From the human T2T-CHM13v2.0 reference genome, Homo sapiens, in NCBI RefSeq assembly GCF_009914755.1, contig NC_060941.1: 64,000 bases of DNA; one strand, 5' to 3'. The notes beneath the pieces are model-generated. The model had not been told where the DNA came from. It worked only from the letters and a program-made list of their open reading frames with translations, and did no database searches. Shown one piece after another: positions 45,665 to 61,944 of the stretch (the stretch's first letter is position 1; the number at the start of each line of letters is the position of its first letter). The position numbers and the translations under genes were made by a program.

Positions 45665-46214
45665 TGTATTCGTCAGGGTTCTCTAGAGAGACAGGACTAA
45701 TAGGATAGATGTGTATATGAAAGGGAGTTTATTAAGGAGTATTGACTCACAGGATCACAAGGTGAAGTCCCACAATAGGCCATCTGCAAACTGAGGAACA
45801 AGGAAACCAGCCCAAGTCCTAAAACCTCAAAAACAGGGAAGCCGACAGTACAGCCTTCAGTCTGTGGCCAGAGGCCCAAAAACCCCTGGCAAACCACTGG
45901 TGTAGGTCCAAGAGTCCAAAAGCTGAAGAACTTGGAGTCCGTTGTTCGAGGGCAGGAAACATCCAGCACAGCAGAAAGATGAAAGCTGGAAGACTCAGCC
46001 AGTCTAGTCCTCCTGTGTTCCTCTGCCTGCTTTTATCCTAGCTGTACTGGAAGCTAATTAGATGGTGCCCATCCAGATTGAGGGTGGATCTGCCTCTCTT
46101 AGTCCACTGAATCAAATGTTAATCTCCTTTGACAACACCCTGATGGACACACCCAGGAACAATACTTGGCATCCTTGAATCCAATCAAGTTGACACTCAG
46201 TATTAACCATCACA
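45665..46214 (-). mobile_element. MLT2A-like (HERV-L) solo LTR
   Basis: Minus strand starts TGTGATGGTTAATACTGAGTGTCAACTTGATTGGATT. 5-bp TSD GCATA/GCACA. Confidence 0.9.
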
Positions 46215-48886
46215 GCACATATGTAAATATATCTATAGAATCATGGAAGTGCTCAGATGGGGGCATACATGAAATTTGAAATATTGAAAGATGTTCCTCA
46301 ATTGCCCTACTTAGGGATTGTGCTTAGAACAATGACACTGATCATCAGTTAATGCTGGATTAAATGAAGAAAACGCTTTAGTATTTCTGTCACTTGCATT
46401 CCTGTTCTCATCCTCTTCTCTGAGGATCATCTTCTACATCTTCTCTTCCTCTTTCTGTGCCCTAAGTGATCACCAAGGATCTGTCCTTGACCTTGTATCA
46501 GTCAGTATAGGTTAGGTTATGCTGTGTGAAAAATGACTGCCCTCCCATCTCAGTGGCTTACAACGACAACAGTTCATTTCTTGCTCATGTTACGTGTCCA
46601 TCGTGGGCCTGCTACAGTACTACACATCACTTTTTTCACTCCAGGACCCAGTCTGTTGGAAAAGTCTCTGTTTGGGACATTGATGGTCTTAGGGCAGAAA
46701 GAAGAGAAAGAGACATGGTAAATCACACACAGTTTCTGCTCAGAGGTGACCCATGTCACTTCTGCTTACATGTGGCTGATTATGCAAGTCTCGTGGCTGC
46801 TCCTGGGTTCTACTGAGCAGGAATGTGTTTAATCCAGATGTGGGGGTGCCACATCTGGGTAAACAAAAATTCAACCTACCACAGTCCTATTCTCTTCTTA
46901 CTCCACGGTGTAGATGTGGGGCCCACACCCATTCCTTAGGGAAATCTCATGTACCCCTGTGGTCTCTGCTCCGTCTTCAGGCCTAACAAACTCATAGAGC
47001 CAAGCTTGCTGAGCTGCCCTATTAAGCTCTCTTGCCAGAATGTCAAACCCAACATATCCAAAAAGGAGTTCATCCCATTTCCCCCTAAACCTGCTGCTTC
47101 TGTGAGATCTTCATCACCCTGCATCCTCCCTAAGTCCTTGCTGCTCTTCCCCCTTCCCTTGGCTTCCAGTCCACTGCCAAGCAGATGCTGTTTAGCATCT
47201 TTTCAGCACTTTTTGAGCCTGGATAATTTAATTCTTTCCTGGGAGAAATCTTAAGATCAAAGCTTATTTGGAGGCTGGGTGCTGTAGCTTATACCTGTAA
47301 TCCCAGCACTTTGGGAAGCCGAAGTGGATGGATTGCTTGAGCCCAAGAGTTCAAGACCAGTCTGGGCCACATGGTGAGACCCCGTCTCTACAAAAAAAAA
47401 AAAAAAGTACAAAAATTAGCCAGGCTTCCTGGTGCACTCTGTAGTCCCACCAACACAGAAGTCAGAGGTAGGAGAATTGCTTGGGTCCAGAAGGTCAAGG
47501 CTGCAGTGAGCCTGTGATTGGGTCACTGTACTCCAGCCTGGGTGACAGAGAGGGACCCTGTTCCCAAAAAACAAAAAAACAACACACACACACACACACA
47601 CCTTATTTGGCTCAGAGGCAGATTTTCCCGGCCTCAAGGAGGGATGTGGTCACCTCTGGAATACAAAGATGCTTAGAAACCCATAGCCTCTTGTGTGGGT
47701 ACATCCATGCTAAAGGAATAGAGAAACACTGAACTGAACAACTCCTGAAATGTCCTGTGTTAGCATCACGGTGTTAACGGTGAGGGGTTAAGGAGCTGCT
47801 TCCCTAAGGGACTGGAACAGATGGAAGAAACCCACCTCATGACCAGTAGGCCATGCACGATTCTAGGAGGAGCTTAAATGGCAGGGTAGGTGGTAGCTTA
47901 TGCACCCCAGTATTCTTCCTGGCAGGAAGGCGGGAAAGGGACAGTGAAGGTCAGTCACTTGCCTCGGGAACATCAATACAGATGCCTGCTGGGAAACGGA
48001 GAGAATGGGGCTGGAAGGGCCAGGACAAGATGACTCCTGGGAGACACGTCCAGGCCCCACCGCCTGCTGGAGGAGGGACGCTGGTAGGAGTGGGCCAGGC
48101 AGTGGTCCCCACTTCGTATTCAAAAAGGCCCTAGAGTTTAGGCTTTGGACCTTACTGCTGTATGAGGCCGCAGCGTCAGAGAAGACAGTGATGAGAAAAA
48201 CGTCACTTGCACTCCCTCCAGCATCACTGCACAGCTTCTGAGGCACTACCAATTAGTAGATTTTTCCATGAATTGTGAAACTGTCTTATAAAAATCACAA
48301 ATGCATGACATCTTATATTTGCATGTTAAAATCGTTTTATTAAATTGACTGCTTTAAAAATATTTCATAATTATCATAATCTCATTTTGGCTCTTTCTTC
48401 CCCCCTTTCATTTATTAAATGTGTTCACCAAAAAGTGGAAGCTCTGAAGTTGAATATACATGAGAAAAGCAAATAAAACTGTCTCTCATCAAGCCAGGAT
48501 GAAGATGTGGTAACCTGTTAAACTGACAGGCTGATTCGAACAAAACCCAGACAGCTCCTGGTGAGCATGAAATAGAATTGGTTTCTTATTTGGGATGCCA
48601 AGGTGGGTGGATTACCTGAGGTAAGGAGTTCGAGACCAGCCCAGCCAACATGGTGAAACCCCATCTCTAGTAAACATAGAAAAATTAGCAGAGCATGGTG
48701 GCATATGCCTGTAATCCCAGCTACTCAGGAGGCTGAGGCAGGAGAATCACTTGAATCTTGAACTCAGGAGGCAGAAGTTGCAGTGAGCTGAGATCATGCC
48801 ACTGCACCCCAGCCTGGGCAACAGAGGAAGACCTGGTTCCTTAGGAGGGAGGTCTCCTACACATTCTGCACAATCTCTGAGGGAAG

Positions 48887-48887
<1 letters not shown>

Positions 48888-48943
<56 letters not shown>

Positions 48944-48948
48944 TGTGT
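48888..48948. repeat. (TG)n microsatellite, ~30 units with one TA interruption
   Basis: Read directly. Confidence 0.98.
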
Positions 48949-49239
48949 CAGTGGGGAGGCGGGTTCATGGGACTCCACTGTCAGAGAATTTCCTCCCTGG
49001 ACTAGAACCGAGCCAGCCATGTCATTGTACTGCAGAGCTGCACCCACTAACCCCACTCCTGTCTGGGAAATCCAGACAGTGTAACTGTTTGCAAGGGTGC
49101 TCTGGAGCCAGACTCTCCAGGTTCAATGCCAGTGTCTGAGGTTTTTTCCCATTTGACATCAGCTCATAGTCTGACACAGAGATGTCTTCAACAGGAGTAG
49201 AACTATTTAGTAGAAATAATTGAGTGCAGAAGGGCTGTT

Positions 49240-49453
49240 TTTTTAAGGTAAATGTGGCTTCTCTGCGACCCATATGCATGGTGGAAATGCTCTACATCTG
49301 TAACGAACATTGGACATTTGCTGTATTGGTCACTGTGTTGAACACCTGAAATGTGGCTAGTGGGACTGAAGAACTGAATTTTAAACTTTACTGAATTTAA
49401 ACATAAACAGCCACATGTACCTAGTAGCCACCACATGGGACAGCAATGGTCTA
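49240..49453. mobile_element. MER3/MER33-like hAT-Charlie element
   Basis: GAAATGTGGCTAGTG.GACTGA.GAACTGAATTTTAAA and AGCCACATG..CTAGT.GC.ACC motifs. Confidence 0.7.
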
Positions 49454-49772
49454 GCTCCCAAGTGCCAACAGCTTCCTGTGGAAAAATCAATTTTATTAAA
49501 ATATGTGTCCTACCCTGCACTCAGCCTTTCTGGATGTCCCTCTTCAATATAATATCTGATTAAGGATTTGAAGAAAATACAGTATAGATATTGTTTGTAG
49601 AATAGACGTAAGACCCTAAAATACAGTTTTATACAAAATTTGATAAATCCTGGCCGGGCGCAATGGCTCCTGCTTGTAATCCTAGCTCTTTGGGAGGCCA
49701 AGGCAGGCGGATCGCTTGAGGTCAGGAGTTGGAAACCAGCCTTGCCAACATGGTGAAACCCCGTCTCTACTA

Positions 49773-50350
<578 letters not shown>

Positions 50351-51139
50351 TGAGAGTCACAATTTCTGTGAGGCAGCCACCAACACTAGCTTTTAAGTTT
50401 CAGGGAGTTGCAGTGAAACTTTCTTTCCTGCCAGGAAGCTGACATTTTCCAGAAACCGCAAATAACAGAACATTTTGTCTCTGTGTCAGCTTCATGCACC
50501 CTAGTCTTAAACCAACAATGTTCTTAAAAATGCATTGTTTTTCTTCTCTTATCGCTTCTCGGTTGTTCTAATAATTTGATAGCTTCAGTACACCATTAAT
50601 GTTCACCTTACACCTCCCGGAGGAGGAGATGGCGTGATACTCGCAAACACGGGACTACAAACTATTGATTCCATTCCGCGTGCTTCAGGAAGGTGGCGCT
50701 GTTTCCGTGCAGCTCATCAGGTACCTCAGAAAAAGAAATTTGGTGGAGACGTTTCCGCAGCCTCCAAGCAGCATCATTCAAAGGACAGGTCAGCAGGAAA
50801 CAGATTTTATTTTAAAATTCCCAGCAGCGGGAGGGACGGGGGGGGGCGGGGGAGGGACTTGTTAGAGTTCCTGTCGCTAAAGGAAATTCTTCCTAGAGCT
50901 ATACTAAACTTAGTTATTACTGAGACAGTTTTTTCTGGCTTCATCAGAGGAAAAATATAGTTATGCATCCCAGTATTTTTGCAACAATTCCACCACCAAC
51001 AGCAATAAAAACGGCTGCAATTTATTGAGTACTATCTTCTGTGGCACTTTACAAGTGTTATCATCTTTGGCTTCACAATTTCTTTACTATCTTAAGGATG
51101 AGAGGCTAAGGTTTTGGGGTGTTAAGAAATTCAACATCT

Positions 51140-53060
<1,921 letters not shown>

Positions 53061-53065
53061 TTTAA

Positions 53066-53287
<222 letters not shown>

Positions 53288-53424
53288 TGAACTCCTGGGT
53301 TTAAGGGATCCTTCCATCTTGGCCTCCCGAAGTGCTGCAGTTACAGGTGTGTGCCCCCTTGTTCGGCTGTGTTGGCATCTGTTCATTGTGTTTTCTTTTC
53401 TTTTCTTTCTTTTTTTTTTTTTGA

Positions 53425-53723
<299 letters not shown>

Positions 53724-54099
53724 TGAAGTTTAGATTTTCCCATTTCTTGGTATAATGAGTGCTTTTTGGTGGAAACCTGGACTTTGGGGTGTCATAAGAC
53801 TCTGGATCTCATTTAAATCTTGTGTTTTAGCAGGCTTCCTGACCCACTTTGGCAGGGGAAGGGGATGCCTCTTCATTATTGCCAAGTAGGGGTGGAAGTC
53901 CAGGTTTTCCACTTGGCCTTTGTTGACACGTGGAGGGAGGTTGTTTGGCACAAGTGGGAGTTCAGGCTCTCCAGTTGGCCTCCAGGGATACCACCCTTGC
54001 TGGGATGGGGAGGGGACCTCCACTGATATGTGGGGTGGGAGGTGGCTTTGTTGCAACTGAGTGACGTTGAAAGTCCTGACTCTCCACTTGGCTCCCTAT

Positions 54100-54530
54100 G
54101 GGGACAAGAGTGACTATTTTCAATGCGAATCCGCTAACTCCAATTCCAGGAATGCCTCCAAAATGTCTAGTTGATGTATTACTCTTTATACCGGATCACC
54201 TATTCACTGTAACTTTTGCCTTTTTACAGAAACAACCCTTGATGCTGTTGCAGAAATCATAGGTTGTGACACCCACAGCATTCTCTCAACCATCTACACA
54301 TTCCTCCAAGAGTAAGTATATTTTTTCCCCAAGATATAAGCCCTGGTTCTACGGGGCTACTGTGTGGAGATCCACCTGCCTTGTGGACACCCAAGACCAT
54401 GCTTCTGTCTGTAAGCTCCCTCTAATAATTATCCTATATGGACAAACTGGATTTGTCTGCTTCCTACGTTTTCTCAGCTCCTTGGGCATTTGGGGGTGGC
54501 TTTGGGGGTGGCTTTGATGGAACACTCTCT
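54100..54530 (+). mobile_element. ERV1 LTR, MER31/MER67-like
   Basis: Homologous to 4880-5405 (CCAGGAATGCCTCCAAAATGT, CCCAAGACCA.GCTTCTGTCT). Confidence 0.6.
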
Positions 54531-54750
54531 CTGACATCACCCCAGGGAAGAGGATGAGTGCTTTCTTACAATTAAGTGGGGTAGAAGTCCAGGTTCTCCA
54601 TATGGTTTCCACTGATACCATGCTGGGGGAGAGTCTCCTCACCTCTCAGTGGGAATGAAAATCCAGCCCTCGGCCGGGCGCGGTGGCTCACGCCTATAAT
54701 CCCAGCACTTCAGGAGGCCGAGGTGGGTGGATCACAGGCTCAAGAGATCA

Positions 54751-55053
<303 letters not shown>

Positions 55054-56034
55054 TTACAGCCTAGCATGCGTGGCAGTCTAGGCTTTCCAAGAGGCAAGCA
55101 TGGGGATGGGGCTTTTTCTGTGGTTTGGGCTGGATTAGAGCCATTATTGTGTAAACGTTTTCTGTCCTCTGAGGCTGCCCATTTCCTGGTCCTGTGGCTA
55201 GAGAGAGAAGGCTTTTCTTAGGGCATTGTCTTTGCCTGTCGGCATTTCCAGGTTGCTTGCTTCCTAGCACCCAGTCTGGGATATATAAGGCAACACCCAC
55301 CATGTTGTTCCTTGCGTCCCAGGGTGGCTAGCTGGTTTGCCTTCTCTCCAACTTTTGGAGTCTTAGATTGTTTTATATATAATGCCCACAATTTTTAGTT
55401 GTACTTAGTAAAAGGAATAGGGAAAATTGTGTCTAGTTCATCTTCCTGGAAACAAAAATCTTCCATCTTGTTTTCATAGAAGGCCATGGAACTGTGCTAA
55501 CCACTGGAATCTATTTGTTTTGTTTGTTTGTTTGAGATGGAGTCTCGCTGTGTTGCCCAGGCTGGAGTGCAGTGGCATGATCTCTGCTCACTGCAACCTC
55601 CACCTCCTGGTTTCAAGTGATTCTCCTTCCTCAGCCTCCTGAGTAGCTGGGACTACAGGTAAACGACACCATGCCTGGCTGATTTTTTTGTATTTTTAGT
55701 AGATGGGGTTTCCCCATGTTGGCCAGGCTGATCTCAAACTCCCGACCTCAGGTGATCCGCCTGCCTCAGCCTTCCAAAATGCTGGATTACAGGTGTGAGC
55801 CACTGCACCCGGCCCACTGGAATCCTTTTTGTATAATATCCTGGCTGCGAAGTTAGAGTTTTTACACTTGCATTTGGCAGATGCAATTCAAATTGGTTAC
55901 CAAAACTTTGAAATATATTGAGTTGCTTCTAAAACAAATTCCATGCAGGATTGAAGAGTGGGTAGGCTAAGAGGGTAGCAGGCCTGGGAAATGAACCCCA
56001 GGAAACTGACTTAGTCATGCAATAAAGACTCAGG

Positions 56035-56506
56035 TGTTACCAGTGGAGAGTGTCCAGGTTCTTGGCGTTTTGAACAAACAATTGGACAAAACGCACAAAC
56101 AAAGCAAGGAAAGAATGATGCAACAAAAGCAGAGATTTATTGAAAACAAAAGCACACTCCACAGGTTGGGAGCCTGCCTAGCAGGTGGCTCAAGAGCCCG
56201 GTTACAGAATTTTCTGGAGTTTAAATACCCTCTAGAGGGTTCCCGTTGGTTACTTGGTGTACACTCTATGTAAAAGAAGTAGTGGCCTGTGATCAGCCTG
56301 ATTGGTTGCAAGAGGGGACCAATCAGAGGTACCTTCAATTTTTCATCTGCCAGGCAGAAAAGCGGGGCAGGTTGCAAAGGGACTAGCTTCTGTTCCTTTT
56401 GTTACCTGGGCATGGAAAGTTCGGGTTTTCCTTTTGATTTAGTTCTAGGAAGTCAGCGTGAATTGGCCTTAGGTTCCCTGTCTCCAGACCCTATTTTTCT
56501 GCCTTA
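56035..56506 (-). mobile_element. MER51-family LTR
   Basis: TGTTACCAGTGGAG..TGTCCAGGTTCTTGGCG ... CCTTAGGTTCCCTG.CTCCAGACCCTATT. Confidence 0.85.
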
Positions 56507-57029
56507 CGGTTCATATTGGGTTTGCTACAAGGATATTCAAACTTTGTGAATTGGCAAGCAGGAATCTAGAGTTTCCAGAACAATGGAGAGGGGCCAGAAA
56601 GGTATAAAAACTTTTGTGAAAACGTCAAAAATAAATATTTAGTTAAAAATAAAATTTCCCATTTTCAGATTTTGTGAATATCTGTAAGAATTTCCAGGAT
56701 ATATTAATTCGCTAAAGTTAATAAAAGCAAGAAACAGAAGGACGTTTCAGAATGCTATTGTTTGTGTAACAAGGGGGTGCTGAATACATACATAATTGCT
56801 TGGTTATGAATAAACTGGCTCTGGAAGGACACACATAGCTAATAGCATCGTTACCTAGGGGGAGGTGAAGTGGGTCCTGGAGAACAGAAAGGGAGATTTT
56901 CCACCTTACACACATTTGCCATCTTATGATTTTGAACGATAAGAGTCCCCCCGCCCCTTCCTTCCTCTGCCCTGCCCCTTCCTTCCTCTGCCCTTTACTC
57001 TCTCAATATCCTCTTTTCATGCTTTTTTT

Positions 57030-57600
57030 TTTTTTTTAAATCACTTCGGGTCCTTTAAAAAATTTACTTGCAAGAAGTACGTACATATTCTGAATAAAAT
57101 TCATTTTCAGATATATGTATTACAAATATCTTGTCTGTTCTATTGTCTTTCCCTTTTCTCAATGGGGTCTTTTCGGTGTCTTATAGTTACAGACACCCAA
57201 TTTATCAGCTTTTTCCTTTAGGACTGGCACTTTTTGTGTTCTGCTAACACGTTATTTTCCTCTCTTATGGTCATAATATTCTGCGATTTTATTGTCTAGA
57301 GTTGTATTGTTCACATTCAGGTCTACCATCCGTCTAGAATTATTTTACTTGAGATAGGAGTCAAGGTTCATTTCCCCCCAATCGACCTTCAATTGACCTA
57401 GCACTATATATTGAAAAAACTCTTCTTATTGCATTACAGTGGCTACTTGTAGGAGGAAAAAGTGACTACATAGCTGCAGGTCTGTTTCTGGTCTCTCTCT
57501 TTTTCATTCATTGTTTTTACCTTTGTGCCAGTTATCACACTGTTCTGATTACTGTGGCATTATAATCATCTTGATAACTGTATCGTGAATTCTCCAACTG
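57030..57600 (-). mobile_element. Old L1 fragment abutting the DHRS7B promoter
   Basis: CAGATATATGTATTACAAATAT, CACATTCAGGTCTA, GATTACTGTGGCATTATAAT motifs. Confidence 0.65.
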
Positions 57601-58560
57601 TGTTCTTCGCCGGAAGTCCACGGAACACCAACCACGACCTTCGGAATTTCCCTCCGGAAGATGAAGGCACTGTAGTTATGCGGGTGGACCCTATCAGATC
57701 TCGGGTCCATCGGGTCCTGTGTACACCTTGAGGGACGCCCACCCAACGCGCATGCGCAGCCTCAATGCTGGGATTGGACGGAGCCTCGCCGGCTGCGTAC
57801 ACGTCACTTCCGAGGCGGGAGGATGAAGTTGATTGACTATGGTCTCTCCGGCTACCAGGTAGGGGCTGGGGAAGAAGGAACCTCCGAGATGAGGCGATAG
57901 GGTCTGGCCTTGAGCTGAGGCGACGCCCCGGCTTGGGTGAGGGGAAGCGGTGTAGTGGTCGAGCTAAGGCCGCGGGCCCTGGGCGGCTTCCGGATCCCCG
58001 CGACGCCGAACTCTGAAGGAAGACTCAGCCCAGGCGCTGGGACCAGAGCCCTGGCTCCGGCGAGTGCGTGGCGGGGAAACCCGCCTGTCGCCGAGGTGTC
58101 TTGAGTCCAGTTTCCGCTGCTGGGAATGGGTGTCGCGCCGGGCGCTGTGTGTGAAAGGCCTCGCGCCCACAGGGCTCCTGGCTTCAACCTGTTTATTCCC
58201 ACATTTCTGCGCGACGTAGGGGAGGCTCCGCAGCGTCTGCGAGTGGCAGGACCGAGGGTTGAGCGCTGGGGGCCAGTGGCACCTTAGCCAGTGACGGCGA
58301 GTTAGGACTAGCAAAGGAAGTCCGGTTTTTCAGAAGGCAGGAGGAGGGTGCTGACTCGAGCGTCCACGGGAATGGCTGGTTGAGATATCTTGCTCTTCCA
58401 ATACTTACTCTGCGGCTTCCTGGCTGTGCGGCTTTGGGCAAATGTTTTAAACTCTGAGTGTTTCTTCAGCTGTAACTTTGGGAGTAACAAGCCCACTCAT
58501 AAGGTTGTTGTGAAGCGTAAATGAGACTGCGCGTGCAAGGTGCTCAGCTGGTGTCTGGCA
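57580..58560. promoter_or_regulatory. DHRS7B: CpG-island TATA-less promoter of DHRS7B
   Basis: Sharp rise in GC and CpG. ETS CCGGAAGT 57610-57617, NRF1 CGCGCATGCGCA 57747-57758, reverse CCAAT (ATTGG) 57773-57777, ETS-CRE ACGTCACTTCCG 57801-57812. Confidence 0.9.
57839..57858 (+). CDS. DHRS7B: DHRS7B coding exon 1 (short-chain dehydrogenase/reductase 7B); rest of gene lies beyond the window
   Basis: ATG GTC TCT CCG GCT ACC AG|GTAGGG encodes MVSPAT(R), which I recognise as the DHRS7B N-terminus (MVSPATRKSLPKVKAMDF...). Kozak -3A/+4G, GT donor at 57859, inside a CpG island. Confidence 0.9.
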
Positions 58561-59000
58561 CATAGTAGGTATTCAACAAATGGTAGCCACATAATGCTCT
58601 TTTTTTCAGTTTCCAAACCTTCCATGTAGTGATTGGAGAATCGTGAAGTTACTTTTGAAGTAACGTTTGGGTTTCACACACTCATACATTTAGTAAGCAG
58701 AATTCTTGCTTACACTGTTGCCGATTGCAACGGTGTGTTTGCATAATGGAAGCTATGTTTGTGCCTTTGCCAAGGGTGTGGAATATGCCTTCCCTACCAT
58801 GTACATGTCCCCTTTTCTCCATTCCTTAATAATAGTTGATATTTTTTGAGTGTTTGCTATGTTACAGGCACTGTACTAATCCCTTTACTGAATTATTCAA
58901 TCCTGTAATAACCCTAATCATAGGAACTATAATTTTTATTTATGGAGGGAGAAATGGGCTTAGAGATGTTAAGAAGTTTATCCAAAGGCATAGAGCTATT

Positions 59001-59810
<810 letters not shown>

Positions 59811-60277
59811 AGGCATAGAGCTAGTAAAGGCCGATCCAATGCCATGTCACTCCAGAACCTAGCGCTTAGCTACAAATTTCATTCATTCCTTCAGATACTT
59901 ATTGAACGTTTACAGTGTACCAGCATTGTGCTGGGTGTTGTGGATACAATGATGATCAAAACAGATAAAGCCCCTGTCTTTAAATTGCTTATAAATCTAG
60001 CAAGGGAGATAGTAAATATATAAATAAAACTAAATATTAATTACGATTGTGATGCATGCTGTGGAGGACAGTAGAGGGTGCTGTGAGGATACATAATGGA
60101 GTCACCGGCATGCGGAGGGGGAAATGAGGAGAGACAGGGAAGGCTTTCCCAAGAAAATAATATTTAGCTGAGACTTAAAGGACTGAGTTGGAGTTAAATT
60201 GGACAAAGAGCTAACAGGAGGAGGGAAGGGCATGTGTGAGGTCTTGAGACTAGGAGGAGCTTGTATCTTGTTACTTA

Positions 60278-60475
<198 letters not shown>

Positions 60476-60969
60476 TCAGGAGGATCACTTGAGCCCAGGA
60501 GTTTGCGGCTACAGTAAACTGTGATAATACTACGGCACTCCAGCCTGGGCAGCAGAGTAAGACCCTGACTCAAAAAAAAAAAAAAAAAAAAGAAAAAGAA
60601 AAAAATAAGCATTAAACCAGACTGGAATGTATTATGGATAATATGCTAATGCAGTTTCTTTCAGAAAAGAAATCCCACCACTTATTTGTATGCAGCTGAG
60701 CAGATACAACCCATTATGTAGTCTCAAGATTAATGGTAATTTGTCCTCTTATAAGAAGACTTGACAGCACCATTTGCTGTACATGTTTTCATAGTTCATT
60801 CTAAATTCACCTGGTAATTGGGTTGGTCATCTGTGCTACCTACTTACTTTTTTCCAAAGGAAAACATGAAACAGCTCTATGATAAAACAAGTAGTTGAGG
60901 TGCCTAGGCTAAACTTCCACAGTGATAGGGATAGGGCTGGGGCATTGTCTTCCTGGATATTTCCATTTA

Positions 60970-61143
<174 letters not shown>

Positions 61144-61944
61144 CTACTCAGGAGGCTGAGGCAGGAGAATCGCTTGAACTGGGAAGCAGAGGTTGCAATG
61201 AGTCGAGATTGTGTCACTGTACTCCAGCCTGGGCTACAGAGTGAGACTCCATCTCAAAAAATAAATAAATAAATAAATAAATAAACTTATGTATGTATGT
61301 ACGTACGTTTGTAAAGGGGGGGTTCCAGGCCCTTCAGAAAAACAGTCCTGGGTTTTACTGTATTTACTGGGTTTAAACAAGCTAAGCTAGGGGTAGTTTA
61401 TTTAGCCTTTAAAAAGATTTGCATACATATCAAAGGGACAGAGGAATAATTTATAAATACTGGGTTTTTCAAAGAAATGCTGTGAGGAAAAGGAAGGAGA
61501 GAAGATCTCTTTCCCTTTGGAAACAGTGAAAATTCAGTTTTAAAATTTTTACTATATGTTTGCATGACAACTAAAAAAAAAATTTACTTACAGTACAGTA
61601 AAATGTTGGACTAGAGCAACATCCATAATGTTGGATGGTGTAGGAATTATTCATTCCCACCCCATTATACACATAAGAAACCTTTCTTTGGTAGCCAATG
61701 TTATTTTAATGCAAAAATGAACTCTCTATTCTGGAAGGCCATAAGCATGAGGGTGAAAATTGGGATTGAATGGTGTGTAAATTCAGTTTGAAAGCTTCTT
61801 GCCACCCACCCAGATAGGAAATACAACAAATTCCTTAGGATTTTACCTGAGCTCTCCCTCCTATCTTCTAAAGTTCCCAGTAACATGAGGCTTGGCCATT
61901 TAAACTGCTTAGTGGAGGGAGAGGTCTGTGATGGCCACTGAATT

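Noticed and set aside
48841-49139. VC/TH-repeat ORFs
   Set aside because: Translations of the (TG)n microsatellite.
57549-58496. Several 60-116 aa antisense ORFs at the DHRS7B promoter
   Set aside because: Expected by chance in stop-poor GC-rich CpG islands.
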